Origin: Acidobacteriota bacterium
GTDB taxonomy: Bacteria > Acidobacteriota > UBA6911 > RPQK01 > CBDAPI01
Length of the DNA stretch: 64,000 nt
Direction: 5' to 3'
Assembly (NCBI GenBank): GCA_965198355.1
Contig: CBDAPI010000013.1
Coordinates: forward strand, 266,495 to 330,494
The translations under genes were made by a program, and so were the position numbers. Numbering within the stretch: position 1 is the first letter of the stretch; each line of letters opens with the position of its first letter. The notes under the pieces are model-generated. The model saw only the letters and a list, made by a program, of their open reading frames with translations. It searched no databases and was not told the DNA's origin. Below are positions 10,360-20,214 of the stretch, one piece after another.

Positions 10360-11322
10360 TTGGACTTCTCAGTGGAGGAGAAAATGGACGGATCCGATGA
10401 CAACAAACAGTACGAAGATCCCCTGATGGATCGAATACGGAGCAAGGGCCGGCCGGCCCGTGAGAGTGGCTCCGGTTCGGGTGATGAGGGAAAGAACTAC
10501 TGGGTATACATTGTGGGTGTCCTCTTTGCAGTTGGACTGATCGCACTCGCTTATTTTCTTTACCAGTCACAGCAGCAGCTCGTTGCTATGAACACCCGGC
10601 TGGAGTCCAGCCAGGAGCAACTTGTCACGGTAAGCGAGCAGCTGGAGACTTCCGAGGAAAAGATCGGGCAACTGCAGACGGGACTGAATAAGAGCGAGTC
10701 CCAACTGGGGGCTCAGAGCCGTGAGATTGGTCGCTACCAGAAGCTCTATTCCAATCTGCGAAGCAACCAGGCCGAGCAGGAAAAAGAGCTCGAGGCGATG
10801 GCGATTGGCAAGGCTGATCAGGAGGAAGTCGGCGCGCTGAAGAATGAGCTGCAGCAGAAAACCGACGGATTGGAACAGCAGGTAGGTGCGGTCAATACGC
10901 GGCTGGACGAAACCAACACCAATCTCTCCGGTCTCGAGACAGCGGCCCAAGCCGACCGTGCTGAAATCGCAAGTAATCGGGATTCGCTGGGTTCGCTGGT
11001 TACCAAGGTCGATGCTAATGCCGAGGAAATCGGCGGAGTCAAGCGCTCTCTGGATCGGGACTACTACAATTTCGAGCTGCAGCGAAGCGGGGGCGTCATG
11101 AAGGTGTTCAACGTCTCCATGCAGCTAAAGAATACCGATTTCAAGAACCAACGCTACCACGTGGAGATCGTGGCTGATGGGCGACGCATCAGTAAGAAGC
11201 GAGTCAGTATCAACGAACCAATCTTCTTTTACGTCGAAGGCCAGAAGAAGCCCTATGAGGTTCTGGTCAATCGAGTGGATAAGAAGTTCGTGGTTGGTTA
11301 CCTGAGCGTCCCCAAGACCTGA
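10360..11322 (+). CDS. hypothetical protein, one TM helix plus a long coiled coil
   Basis: YWVYIVGVLFAVGLIALAYFLY TM segment, then about 150 aa of Q/E/L-rich heptads, then a beta-rich C-terminal domain. Confidence 0.45.
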   Translation: MDFSVEEKMDGSDDNKQYEDPLMDRIRSKGRPARESGSGSGDEGKNYWVYIVGVLFAVGLIALAYFLYQSQQQLVAMNTRLESSQEQLVTVSEQLETSEEKIGQLQTGLNKSESQLGAQSREIGRYQKLYSNLRSNQAEQEKELEAMAIGKADQEEVGALKNELQQKTDGLEQQVGAVNTRLDETNTNLSGLETAAQADRAEIASNRDSLGSLVTKVDANAEEIGGVKRSLDRDYYNFELQRSGGVMKVFNVSMQLKNTDFKNQRYHVEIVADGRRISKKRVSINEPIFFYVEGQKKPYEVLVNRVDKKFVVGYLSVPKT

Positions 11323-11366
11323 ACGCGCCGCCACTCCTCTTCTTGAACCAACTGGGCCGCGTCCTT

Positions 11367-12027
11367 CTAACGGGGCGCGGTGCCCTCCTGGGCGCCGACC
11401 TGGAAATGATCCACCAGGCGCGCCAGGGAGTCGCCACCGCGAGGCAGCCAGACCGGACCTTTTTCTGCCGGGTTGCGCCGCCACCGTCGAGGAACCCGGT
11501 CAATTCCAAAGAAAAATCCCTCCAGTGAGCCATCTGGACCGATCCGAATCCGCAAGAAGCCCTTCCAGTCCTCTATGCGAAGGGCGCTGAACGATTCGTT
11601 CAAGTGTCTTCCGAATAGGTTGAGAGACGAGAACAGGTAGAGTCCCACAATGGTGGAGCCCAGGGCCCACGCACCACCAGCAAAGAGAGCCCCGACAGTC
11701 AGGTAATGGGCCATTGATCCCGGCTGGAGGTTGAGCCAGGACAAAGCGACGCGGGAACTGCACCAAAGGAGAATCCAGCCCGCCGCGGCATGAAGCACTG
11801 CGTGAGAGGTGCCGGCAACCCAGCGGAACCAGCGCGTTGAACTGTCGGCAAAGAAAACACACCCGGCAACCAGGAGAAGGTAGAGAGAGAGACCGATTGG
11901 GCTGGCAGCGCTCGCTGAGATCAGGAGTACGTAGACGGTGGCAGCGAGCATTCCAAATCTGGGGTTTCTGAGCGCGAACAAGAAGTTGACCAAACTCAGG
12001 ACCCGGGACACGCGCCGATCAGGGTAG
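11367..12027 (-). pseudogene. C-terminal multi-TM part of a membrane-anchored metallophosphoesterase gene split by an IS1380-family insertion
   Basis: Joins in frame to 15046.. once the 12028-15041 element and one GTAG copy are removed (...HEECYP|DRRVSRVLSLVNFLF...). Confidence 0.6.
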
Positions 12028-12225
12028 CCCGGATTATGCAAGAACCGTAATCCGCTGTTGAAAAAGGGCTCGAGAAGTGGCCCAACTCGGAAGCGGGCAG
12101 TTGTGACAGGCGGATTTGCGAAGAATATCGGTTGGCGAGGCGTTTGAGTGGTTGGGGGAGTGAATTTCAGACAGATCTGGGCCTGGATGAGTGTCGGAAG
12201 CGGTTTTTCGGGAAACTGGGAGAAG

Positions 12226-13493
12226 CTAGCTGGAGTTGACAGGCGACTCAAGACGATCTGGGTGAAAGAGGGGTTGTTCGGGAAAGGCTGAGGAAAGATG
12301 GACCCAGATGCGTCGAGTGGTTTGTCGGATCCGGGCCCCGATCTTGAGGACACGACGACGTAAGGTTTCGATTTCGAGCTTGTGCCAGGGGGTTCCGTGA
12401 AGATAGTCGCGCAGGCGCACGAACATCTGGTAAGCCAGTGCATGCAGGAGGAGTCGAAACTGGTTGGCCAGGAATCGATGACAGCTGAGTCGGTCCATGC
12501 TCAGATGATTCTTAAAGGCCTTGATGAAGTTCTCGGTCTGCCCTCGGTCGGTGTAGTGGTCATAAAGTGATTGGGAGCAGAGATCGTCCCGGTTGGTGAC
12601 CACAAAGCGACGATTGATCCCGCGCTGATCGACCTCCACTTTGACAATGACGCGACGGGATCGATCCCAGCTGTTGGCTCGATAAAGAAACTCGTCAAAC
12701 TGACGCTGTTTTTCCTCCCGCTCAACGAACTGCAGCCGAGTCGAATCCAGCAGGGGCTCGACCACTCGCTGCAGGCGAGGGTTGCGACTTAACCCAATGA
12801 CATATTGGAGTTGATTCTCTTCACCTTCACAGAACTCGTAGAGCCGATGGCAAAGCCGCTGTCGGCCCGAATCTCAATCTCGACATCCGTCCCCACTGCT
12901 TGTCATGGCCTCCACGACGCGCTTCTGGGCACGATGTGAGAGGCAGCCCCCTTGTTGCCAGGTCTCAACTCGGCAAGACCGGTCGCCCGTTCGGCATCGA
13001 AGATGCAAAGGATGCAGAATGTGGTTTCGGTAATACCCGTGGTAGAAGGCGAACTCCTGTTGGCCGTGAGTGTGGTCGTCGGTACTGTCCAGATCCAGGA
13101 TGATCTTGCTGGGCGTCTCTTCTTCAGAGCGCACATAACGGCGTAGCAGCCACCGGCTCAGACGCATCAGATCCTTCTTGGTGACGGAGTTCTCCAAGCG
13201 GGAGAAAGTGATCGGGATTGATCAGTCTTGAGCATCGGATCTCGGCGTCATTACAGTCTTCGTAGCCGGCCACGATCTGACTCGTTGTCGGATCAACTTC
13301 AACAGGTCATGGAATGTCGTCGGTCCCGGCTTTCCATACACGAACTGAAGCCCTCGCACAATCGATGTTGCCGATCCAGGGATCCAAACAACAACCATCC
13401 TGCGTCGGAAGTGAGACTTCCCCCATCAAAACGAGCCGTGATGTTTCTGTGACTGTGAAATGGCAGGGTATTCTGGCAGACTGTTTTTGACAT
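12226..13493 (-). pseudogene. decayed IS1380-family transposase
   Basis: Three ORF fragments (179, 107 and 64 aa) about 95% identical to the 445-aa transposase, with several small deletions and substitutions. Confidence 0.8.
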
Positions 13494-13589
13494 TGCCGTA
13501 GCTCCTGTTTAGGGTTGTTTTTATGTAAACCCTTTTATATCAGAGAGCTACGGCCTTTTTTCTGGCTCAGATCTCTTGCATAATCCGGG

Positions 13590-14927
13590 CTAGCTGGAGT
13601 TCAGGCGACTCAAGACGAGGTGAAAGAGGGGTTGTTCGGGAAAGGCTGAGGAAAGATGGACCCAGATGCGTCGAGTGGTTTGTCGGATCCGGGCCCCGAT
13701 CTTGAGGACACGACGACGTAAGGTTTCGATTTCGAGCTTGTGCCAGGGGGTTCCGTGCAGATAGTCGCGCAGGCGCACGAACATCTGGTAAGCCAGTGCA
13801 TGCAGGAGGAGTCGAAACTGGTTGGCCAGGAATCGATGACAGCTGAGTCGGTCCATGCTCAGATGATTCTTAAAGGCCTTGATGAAGTTCTCGGTCTGCC
13901 CTCGGTCGGTGTAGTGGTCATAAAGTGATTGGGAGCAGAGATCGTCCCGGTTGGTGACCACAAAGCGACGATTGATCCCGCGCTGATCGACCTCCACTTT
14001 GACAATGACGCGACGGGATCGATCCCAGCTGTTGGCTCGATAAAGAAACTCGTCAAACTGACGCTGTTTTTCCTCCCGCTCAACGAACCTTTCCCGAGTC
14101 GAATCCAGCAGGGGCTCGACCACTCGCTGCAGGCGAGGGTTGCGACTTAACCCAATGACATATTGGAGTTGATTCTCTTCACCTTCACAGAACTCGTAGA
14201 GCCGAGGCGTGGCAAAGCCGCTGTCGGCCCGAATCTCAATCTCGACATCCGTCCCCACTGCTTGTCGGATGGCCTCCACGACGCGCTTCAGAATGGGCAC
14301 GATGTGAGAGGCAGCCCCCTTGTTGCCAGGTCTCAACACGGCACAGACCAGGTCTCCCGTGGCGGCATCGAAGATCAGCAAAGGATGCAGAATGTGGTTT
14401 CGGTAATACCCGTGGTAGAAGGCGAACTCCTGTTGGCCGTGAGTGTGGTCGTCGGTACTGTCCAGATCCAGGATGATCTTGGCGGGACGTCTCTTCTTCA
14501 GGGAGCGCACATAACGGCGTAGCAGCCACCGGCTCAGACGCATCAGATCCTTCTTGGTGACGGAGTTCTCCAAGCGGGAGAAAGTCGGCTGGGTGGCCAA
14601 ATCGGGATCGCTCTCGGGCAACTGATCACAGACTGTCTTGAGCATCGGATCCGAGCGCAGCGTATCGGCGTCATTACAGTCTTCGTAGCCGGCCACGATC
14701 TGCAACACTCGTTGTCGGATCAACTTCAACAGGTCATGACGAATGTAGCGTCGGTCCCGGCTTTCCGCAATACACGAACTGAAGCCCTCGCACAATCGAT
14801 GTTGCCGATCCAGCGATCCAAACAACAACCATCCTGCGTCGGAAGTGAGGCTCCCCCCATCAAAACGAGCTGTGATGTCTCTGTGGCTGTGAAATGGCAG
14901 GGTATTCTGGCAGACTGTTTTCAACAT
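13590..14927 (-). CDS. IS1380-family DDE transposase (445 aa)
   Basis: Identical to the copies at 24444, 27111 and 51923. Collinear with ISEcp1/IS1380 transposases (SLTSDAGWLLF, DLDSTDDHTHGQQE, YTDRGQTENFIKAFK = Y-2-R-3-E-6-K). Confidence 0.85.
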   Translation of the reverse strand: MLKTVCQNTLPFHSHRDITARFDGGSLTSDAGWLLFGSLDRQHRLCEGFSSCIAESRDRRYIRHDLLKLIRQRVLQIVAGYEDCNDADTLRSDPMLKTVCDQLPESDPDLATQPTFSRLENSVTKKDLMRLSRWLLRRYVRSLKKRRPAKIILDLDSTDDHTHGQQEFAFYHGYYRNHILHPLLIFDAATGDLVCAVLRPGNKGAASHIVPILKRVVEAIRQAVGTDVEIEIRADSGFATPRLYEFCEGEENQLQYVIGLSRNPRLQRVVEPLLDSTRERFVEREEKQRQFDEFLYRANSWDRSRRVIVKVEVDQRGINRRFVVTNRDDLCSQSLYDHYTDRGQTENFIKAFKNHLSMDRLSCHRFLANQFRLLLHALAYQMFVRLRDYLHGTPWHKLEIETLRRRVLKIGARIRQTTRRIWVHLSSAFPEQPLFHLVLSRLNSS

Positions 14928-15045
14928 AGCCGTAGCTCCTGTTTAGGGTTGTTTTTATGTAAACCCTTTTATATCAGAGAGCTACGGCTTTTTTTCTGGA
15001 CCCAAATCTCACTCGGATTCAGATCTCTTGCATAATCCGGGGTAG

Positions 15046-15951
15046 CATTCCTCGTGCCGATAACCGTCGGGCAGCGCCGCCCTCCCGACAAAGTGTGTAG
15101 GATGGAGAAAGGCACCACCTGTTCCACACACCACGCGGTGACGATCCCCTTGCGAGGACCGCTGGTAATTATGGATGTCTCCCGACAACTCGATAAGCTG
15201 GTGGGAGTCTTTCAGCCTGGCCTCCAGCTTCTTCACGCGTCCCTCGATGTGAGGGGAGGAAGCGGATGAGGGACGTAGCCATGGAGGCTCAGGGTAACAA
15301 ATGATCACTCGATCCGAGGGTGTCATCTGGTCAAGGATCGAGTGAAAGTATCGAGCCTGACGGGCATCAATGTCCTTTCGTAGCCTGGTGTCAAGGCCCA
15401 GAATCCACCAGTTGTACGGCAAGCGCGCTGCAAAATAACTGCAGGATTGGCGCGTCTTCCAGGCTGCAAAGTCACCTCCCGAGCAGAACAGGCGACGGAA
15501 CCAGACGAGTCCGTCATACCAGTCATGGTTGCCGGGAATGGCCAGGACCTCGGGTTGGGGCTCCGGAACCCGGGGGAGAGCGTCAGAATAAGGCTTGACT
15601 AATCTCTGCTCGTAGGCCCCGTCTTCGGCATAGGGGGTAAACCAGGTCGCCCCCGAGGACCAAGATCTCTGCCCTGGGGAGCGTGACAGCCTGGCGATTT
15701 CTGCGGAGCTTCTGCTCCAGAACCAGAGAGTAGGCGACTGAATAAGTCGATCTCCACCCGTCCCCGCAGTCCGCAACATAGTCGATATGAAAGGGGCTGA
15801 GTGCATGGGAGCTGTAGTCAATAAAAGGCGGGTCTCCTCTTATTGCATCAGAGGGCACTCCCGGTCGGTTTTTCCGAGGGCCCCACCTAGCCGACAGCAC
15901 AACCTGAGCTCCCGTGCGCAGCAGTTGGATGGGGTCGTACCAGCCCACCAT
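15046..15951 (-). pseudogene. N-terminal calcineurin-like metallophosphoesterase domain of the IS-disrupted gene; also contains a frameshift
   Basis: GNHDW phosphoesterase motif in ORF 15009..15821; upstream motifs (LVLGGDLVYP) lie in ORF 15583..16002 in a different frame. Start uncertain. Confidence 0.45.
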
Positions 15952-16047
15952 TGGGAGCTTGCCCGGGCGCGGTCCTGGCAGGAGGTTTCGAAGTTGGCGC
16001 ATTAGCGTGTGTGGCTGGGTCTTGCCAGGTGAGACCGCGAAACGAAG

Positions 16048-18453
16048 CTAGCCGAAGGCAATTCGGTAGACATCGGAGAAACGATCTGCGAAATGTACCT
16101 CCAGTCCGTTCTTGAGGTAGTCGGGCAGGCGTCCAAAATCACCTTGATTCCCTTTCGAAAAATCAGTTTGCCACACCCGGCCCGGCGAGCAGCGATCACT
16201 TTTTCCCTGAGACCTCCGATGGCAAGAACACGTCCCGTCAGAGTCAGTTCCCCGGTCATGGCCAGCCCGGACAAGACGGCTTTCTCCTCCACCATGGAAA
16301 TCAAAGCTGCGGCCATCGTGATTCCAGCTGAAGGCCCGTTCTTGGGTGTTGCCCCGGCCGGGACATGGAGGTGGACAAAATGCTCGTCGAAGAAATCTTC
16401 CCGGACTCCGTATTCGGAGAGGTGTGACATCACGTACGAGTAGGCAATCTCGGAGCTTTCGACCATGACACTTCCGAGTTGCCCGGTTTGCTTGAAACCG
16501 CTGCTCTTGCTGGGAGTTGCCGTCGCCTCAATATGAAGAGTGGCTCCCCCAAGATTGGTCCAGGCCAGGCCGGTCACGACACCGGGTGTCCCGGCAGTCA
16601 TTGCTTCTCTTTTGAAGTGGGGTTCTCCCAGAAACTCGTGGACATTGTCCTTTCGCACGCTCACTGTGTCAGTCGGGGCCTTGGCAAGACTGATTGCCGA
16701 TCTGCGCAGGATTTTCTTGATCTGTTTTTCAAGATCCCGAACTCCCGCCTCCCGTGCATAGCCGTCGACGATCCCTCGCAGGGCGGCCTTTGTGATTCGG
16801 ACCTGTTTTCTGATGAGGCCATGGCTCTCGAGGGCGCGCGGAATCAGATGCCTGCGGGCAATCTCCAGCTTCTCTTCCGGAATGTAGCCAGAGAGTCGGA
16901 TGATTTCCATGCGATCAAGGAGGGGCAAAGGGATGGTATCCATCTGGTTGGCTGTCGAGATGAAGAGAACGTTGGACAAATCGAAGGGGACATCCAGATA
17001 GTGGTCGCGAAAAGACGAGTTCTGCTCAGGATCGAGAACTTCGAGAAGAGCGGAGGCAGGGTCACCTTGAAATGAAGCGCCGACCTTGTCAATCTCATCT
17101 AGCATGATGACGGGATTCGACGTGCCCGCGGTTTTCAGCGATTGAAGAAACTTGCCAGGCATAGAGCCGATGTAAGTTCTGCGGTGTCCCTTGATTTCCG
17201 CCTCGTCTCGCATTCCCCCCAGAGAAAAGCGGTAGAATCTGCGGTCGAGTGCCTCGGCAATGCTCCTTCCAATCGAGGTCTTGCCAACTCCCGGTGGACC
17301 CACCAGGCAGAGGATTGACCCCGAGATATCTCCCTTCATCTTGCCTACGGCGATGAACTCGATAATGCGGTCTTTCACGTCCTCCAGTCCGTAGTGATCA
17401 CGATCCAGGATTTTACGGGCTCGCACGAGCTGATACGAATCTTTGCTCAGTTTGCCCCAGGGGCAATGCGGTCAGCCAGTCCAGGTAGTTTCGCGTGACC
17501 GCATATTCTGGAGACGCCGGCTCCAGAAAACTCAATTTCTCCATTTCTTCTGAGATCACTTTGACGGCTTCCGGATCGGGTGAGAGCACCCGCAGTCGCT
17601 CCTGAAAGCGTTCAATCTCAGAGGTCTTACCTTCCTTTTCAATTCCCAGCTCCTGCTTGATTGCCTTCAGCTGCTCCCGCAGGAAGAACTCCCTCTGGCG
17701 TTCGCTCATCTGGTCTTCAATCTGATCCGTGATTTTCTGTTTGAGCCTGGACATCTCGAGTTCTTTGCGGAGCAGAAGCAAGACCCTGTCGATGCGGCTG
17801 CGCACATCAAACGTCTCGAGGACTTGCTGGAGCTCCTCAGGACTCGCGGTGGTCAGGGCAGCAGAAAAGTCAGCCAGCTTTCCGGGATCTTCCATGGCTG
17901 AGCGGTTGAGAAAGAGCTTAATGGCTTCCGACTGCAGAGGGTCTAGTTGAACAAGCTCTTTGAGGGTCGCTACAATGGCCATGGAATAGGCCTTCAGCTC
18001 CTCGTTGACCGTCAACTCCGGCTCGTGGTGGTACTTGACCAGTGCGGTCCAACTCTGGTTGGACTCTTTCAGTTCCTGTATGGTGAAGCGCGCCAGGCAG
18101 TTCAAGAGAACATGGGCCGTGTCGGAGTCCGCCTGCACCGCTTTCACTATCTTGGCAGCCACGCCCACGTGATAAAGATTCTCGGGCGACTCGTCGGCCT
18201 CTGCGTCTTTAACCAGCACCAGGCCGATGGCTTGATCGGGGCCTTCCATCACCTCCTGAATGCGCTCCAGATGTTCCCCCGTGACCGCCAGGGGAGCCGT
18301 AAAACCGGGGAAATACGGGCGCAGACGGACACCCAGAATCGGCAGCATGTCTGGAAGAACCTCGGATATCAGAACCAGGCCCGGAGCTGCCGAGGGGGTG
18401 CGGGTTGGATCTCCCTTGGGGTCCTGGGCTTCGGTCTTCTTTTCCTCTCCCAT
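16048..18453 (-). CDS. lon: ATP-dependent Lon protease; two 1-nt indels as assembled
   Basis: N-terminal LON domain ORF 17413..18453 plus AAA+/protease ORF 16002..17426 ([17 protein letters not shown] catalytic Ser). Frame switches near 17455-63 and 16153-62. After correction the C-terminus is ...[37 protein letters not shown] with the stop at 16048. Confidence 0.85.
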
Positions 18454-18476
18454 AGCCGTTGTCCTTGGTACTGCGT

Positions 18477-18499
18477 TTCATAAATACGGTATTTATGAA
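18477..18499. promoter_or_regulatory. 10-3-10 perfect palindrome TTCATAAATAcggTATTTATGAA in the lon 5' leader
   Basis: About 24 nt upstream of the lon ATG (18453), just 5' of the AAGGA Shine-Dalgarno; also in the divergent region toward ferritin. Confidence 0.4.
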
Positions 18500-18720
18500 G
18501 CTCAGTCCTTACACCGGAGCGACAAACGATAGCATATGTCAGGAGACTGCCCAGGATCCAGATAGATTGAAATTGAAATTCATGTTCATCTAAGTCCCTT
18601 GTTTTCAATATCTTATGGGTTGATGTCAGACACTGTAAACGGTATCCTGGAGCCGTTGTAAAACGATTTACGGTGCCTGTCGTGCAGGCAGATGAGAAAG
18701 AAACATTAAAGGAGAAGGGA

Positions 18721-19209
18721 ATGCTTTCCGCGAAAATGAATGAAATCCTGAATGAGCAGATCCAGGCTGAATTCCAGGCTTCGTATCTTTATCTGGCTAT
18801 GTCGTCCTATTGTGAAGAACTGAATTTGCCGGGCTTTGGGGGTTGGTTGCGGGCTCAGGCTGAGGAAGAAAGAGTCCACGCGCTGCGCCTTTTTGACTTT
18901 CTGCTCAGCCGGGAAGGACATGTCGAACTGCGTGAGATCGACCGGCCGCCCGCAGGCTTCGGATCGCCCCGGGAGATGTTCCAAGCTGTTCTGGAGCACG
19001 AAAAAAAGGTCACAAAAAGCATCGACGAGGCGTATCGAGCTGCCCTGGAGGAGCGTGACAATGCGACCGCGGTGGAACTGCAATGGTTCATTACAGAGCA
19101 GGTGGAAGAGGAAAAAACAGCCGGTGATATTCTGGCCCAACTCAAAATGGTGGGAGACGATACCGTCGCCCTGCTGATGGTCGACCGGGAGATGGTCGGG
19201 AGGGAGTAA
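18721..19209 (+). CDS. non-heme ferritin (Ftn) family
   Basis: Ferritin-like di-iron ligands (E..ASYLYLAM...EEERVHA...EHEK). Start chosen at the internal ATG MLSAKMNE. Confidence 0.8.
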   Translation: MLSAKMNEILNEQIQAEFQASYLYLAMSSYCEELNLPGFGGWLRAQAEEERVHALRLFDFLLSREGHVELREIDRPPAGFGSPREMFQAVLEHEKKVTKSIDEAYRAALEERDNATAVELQWFITEQVEEEKTAGDILAQLKMVGDDTVALLMVDREMVGRE

Positions 19210-19274
19210 CTCACGGCGTTCGTTGCTCCCGGTTGAAAGTTCCAGGTTGAATGTTGAACTTGCAACTTTGAACG

Positions 19275-19299
19275 CCGGGCCGAGCAAAGAGAGGCCCGG
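19275..19299. terminator. GC hairpin CCGGGCC-n11-GGCCCGG between convergent ferritin and PAP2 genes
   Basis: Perfect 7-bp stem; no strong U-tract on either strand. Confidence 0.3.
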
Positions 19300-19302
19300 A
19301 TC

Positions 19303-20214
19303 TTACCAGGTCCAGCGAACCGAGACGCCTGTCGTTTCCTGTCCCATAAGTGGAGTCACGGTCATGCTCTTGCGCGTGGCGCGGCGATCGGTCACCTTCA
19401 CTACGGTTCGGCCGATCAGGTAGCCCAGGGTGGCCCCCGCAATCACGTCACTGAGGTGGTGTTTGTTCTTCTCGATGCGGCTGAATCCAACCAGTGAGGC
19501 AACTGCGAAGGCGGGAATCCCGGCCCTGACCCCATAGTAGTGGGAGATCACGGTGGCATAGGTGAACGTGGCAGACGTATGGCCGGAAGGAAAAGACTGT
19601 TGGTTCTGCCCGCTCGGGCGGTCCCGCTTCGTGGCCGCCTTGACGGAATGAACAATGATCTCGCTCATGACGAAACCCTCGGCTAGGCTAAAACTCATGG
19701 CCCGGAGTTTCTGGTTCTCGCCGGTGTAGCTGGCGGCCACAAGTGCGCCGGTAACTCCGGCCAGGAAGAATCCATTGCCCAGCACATCTCCAATCTCCCC
19801 GACTGCTTTGGCTCGTCGGGGGCTTTCAAAATAGTTTTTGATACTTTCATCAGCCAGAATCGCGGCTCCTGCAGCCCAGGTTCCGATGACCGTCGGGCCG
19901 TTCACGTTGTCGGAGTCAAGCAGACCGGCAAAGCTGTGCAGCAGGGCAGAAGGAAACTCCTTCAGCGAGGGGCTCACGAACTCCGGTGGATCGGCCGGCA
20001 GCATCGGTTGCCTTTGGGCCCGGGTGGCGGAAACTCCGGACAGCGGCTGGTAGACCGGCTTTTCTGAACCTGGAAGCTTGAACTTGAAGCCCTCCGCAAC
20101 CGGCTCTTTCTCATTGAGAGCCAGGAGTGAGGCGGAAGCCAGCAGCAGACAACCCGGCGTCAACAGGGCCGCCAGGCGGATGGACAGGAGTTCTAGAGAA
20201 AGTGGGCGGATCAT
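19303..20214 (-). CDS. PAP2-superfamily acid phosphatase, secreted or membrane
   Basis: KRDRPSG...PSGH...SRIEKNKHHLSD tripartite PAP2 motif; N-terminal signal peptide. Confidence 0.7.
   Translation of the reverse strand: MIRPLSLELLSIRLAALLTPGCLLLASASLLALNEKEPVAEGFKFKLPGSEKPVYQPLSGVSATRAQRQPMLPADPPEFVSPSLKEFPSALLHSFAGLLDSDNVNGPTVIGTWAAGAAILADESIKNYFESPRRAKAVGEIGDVLGNGFFLAGVTGALVAASYTGENQKLRAMSFSLAEGFVMSEIIVHSVKAATKRDRPSGQNQQSFPSGHTSATFTYATVISHYYGVRAGIPAFAVASLVGFSRIEKNKHHLSDVIAGATLGYLIGRTVVKVTDRRATRKSMTVTPLMGQETTGVSVRWTW

Larger units (their letters stand above)
12028..15041 (-). mobile_element. composite of two IS1380-family copies: a decayed full-length copy (12028-13589) joined through an internal CTAG to an intact copy lacking its first ~200 bp (13594-15041); flanked by a 4-bp GTAG direct repeat
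   Basis: IRs cccggattatgcaaga at 12028 and 15041; GTAG at 12024-27 and 15042-45; junction ...ccgggCTAGctggagttcagg equals the internal CTAG about 198 bp from IRR in the intact copies. Confidence 0.8.

Noticed and set aside
13610-13801. 63-aa ORF MHWLTRCSCAC... repeated in every IS1380 copy
   Set aside because: Antisense to the transposase and Cys/Pro-rich; copied with the IS, not an independent gene.
18540-18600. GAAATTGAAATTCAT repeats upstream of ferritin considered as a Fur box
   Set aside because: Only loose resemblance to the GATAATGATAATCATTATC consensus. Mentioned in a finding but not annotated as a feature.
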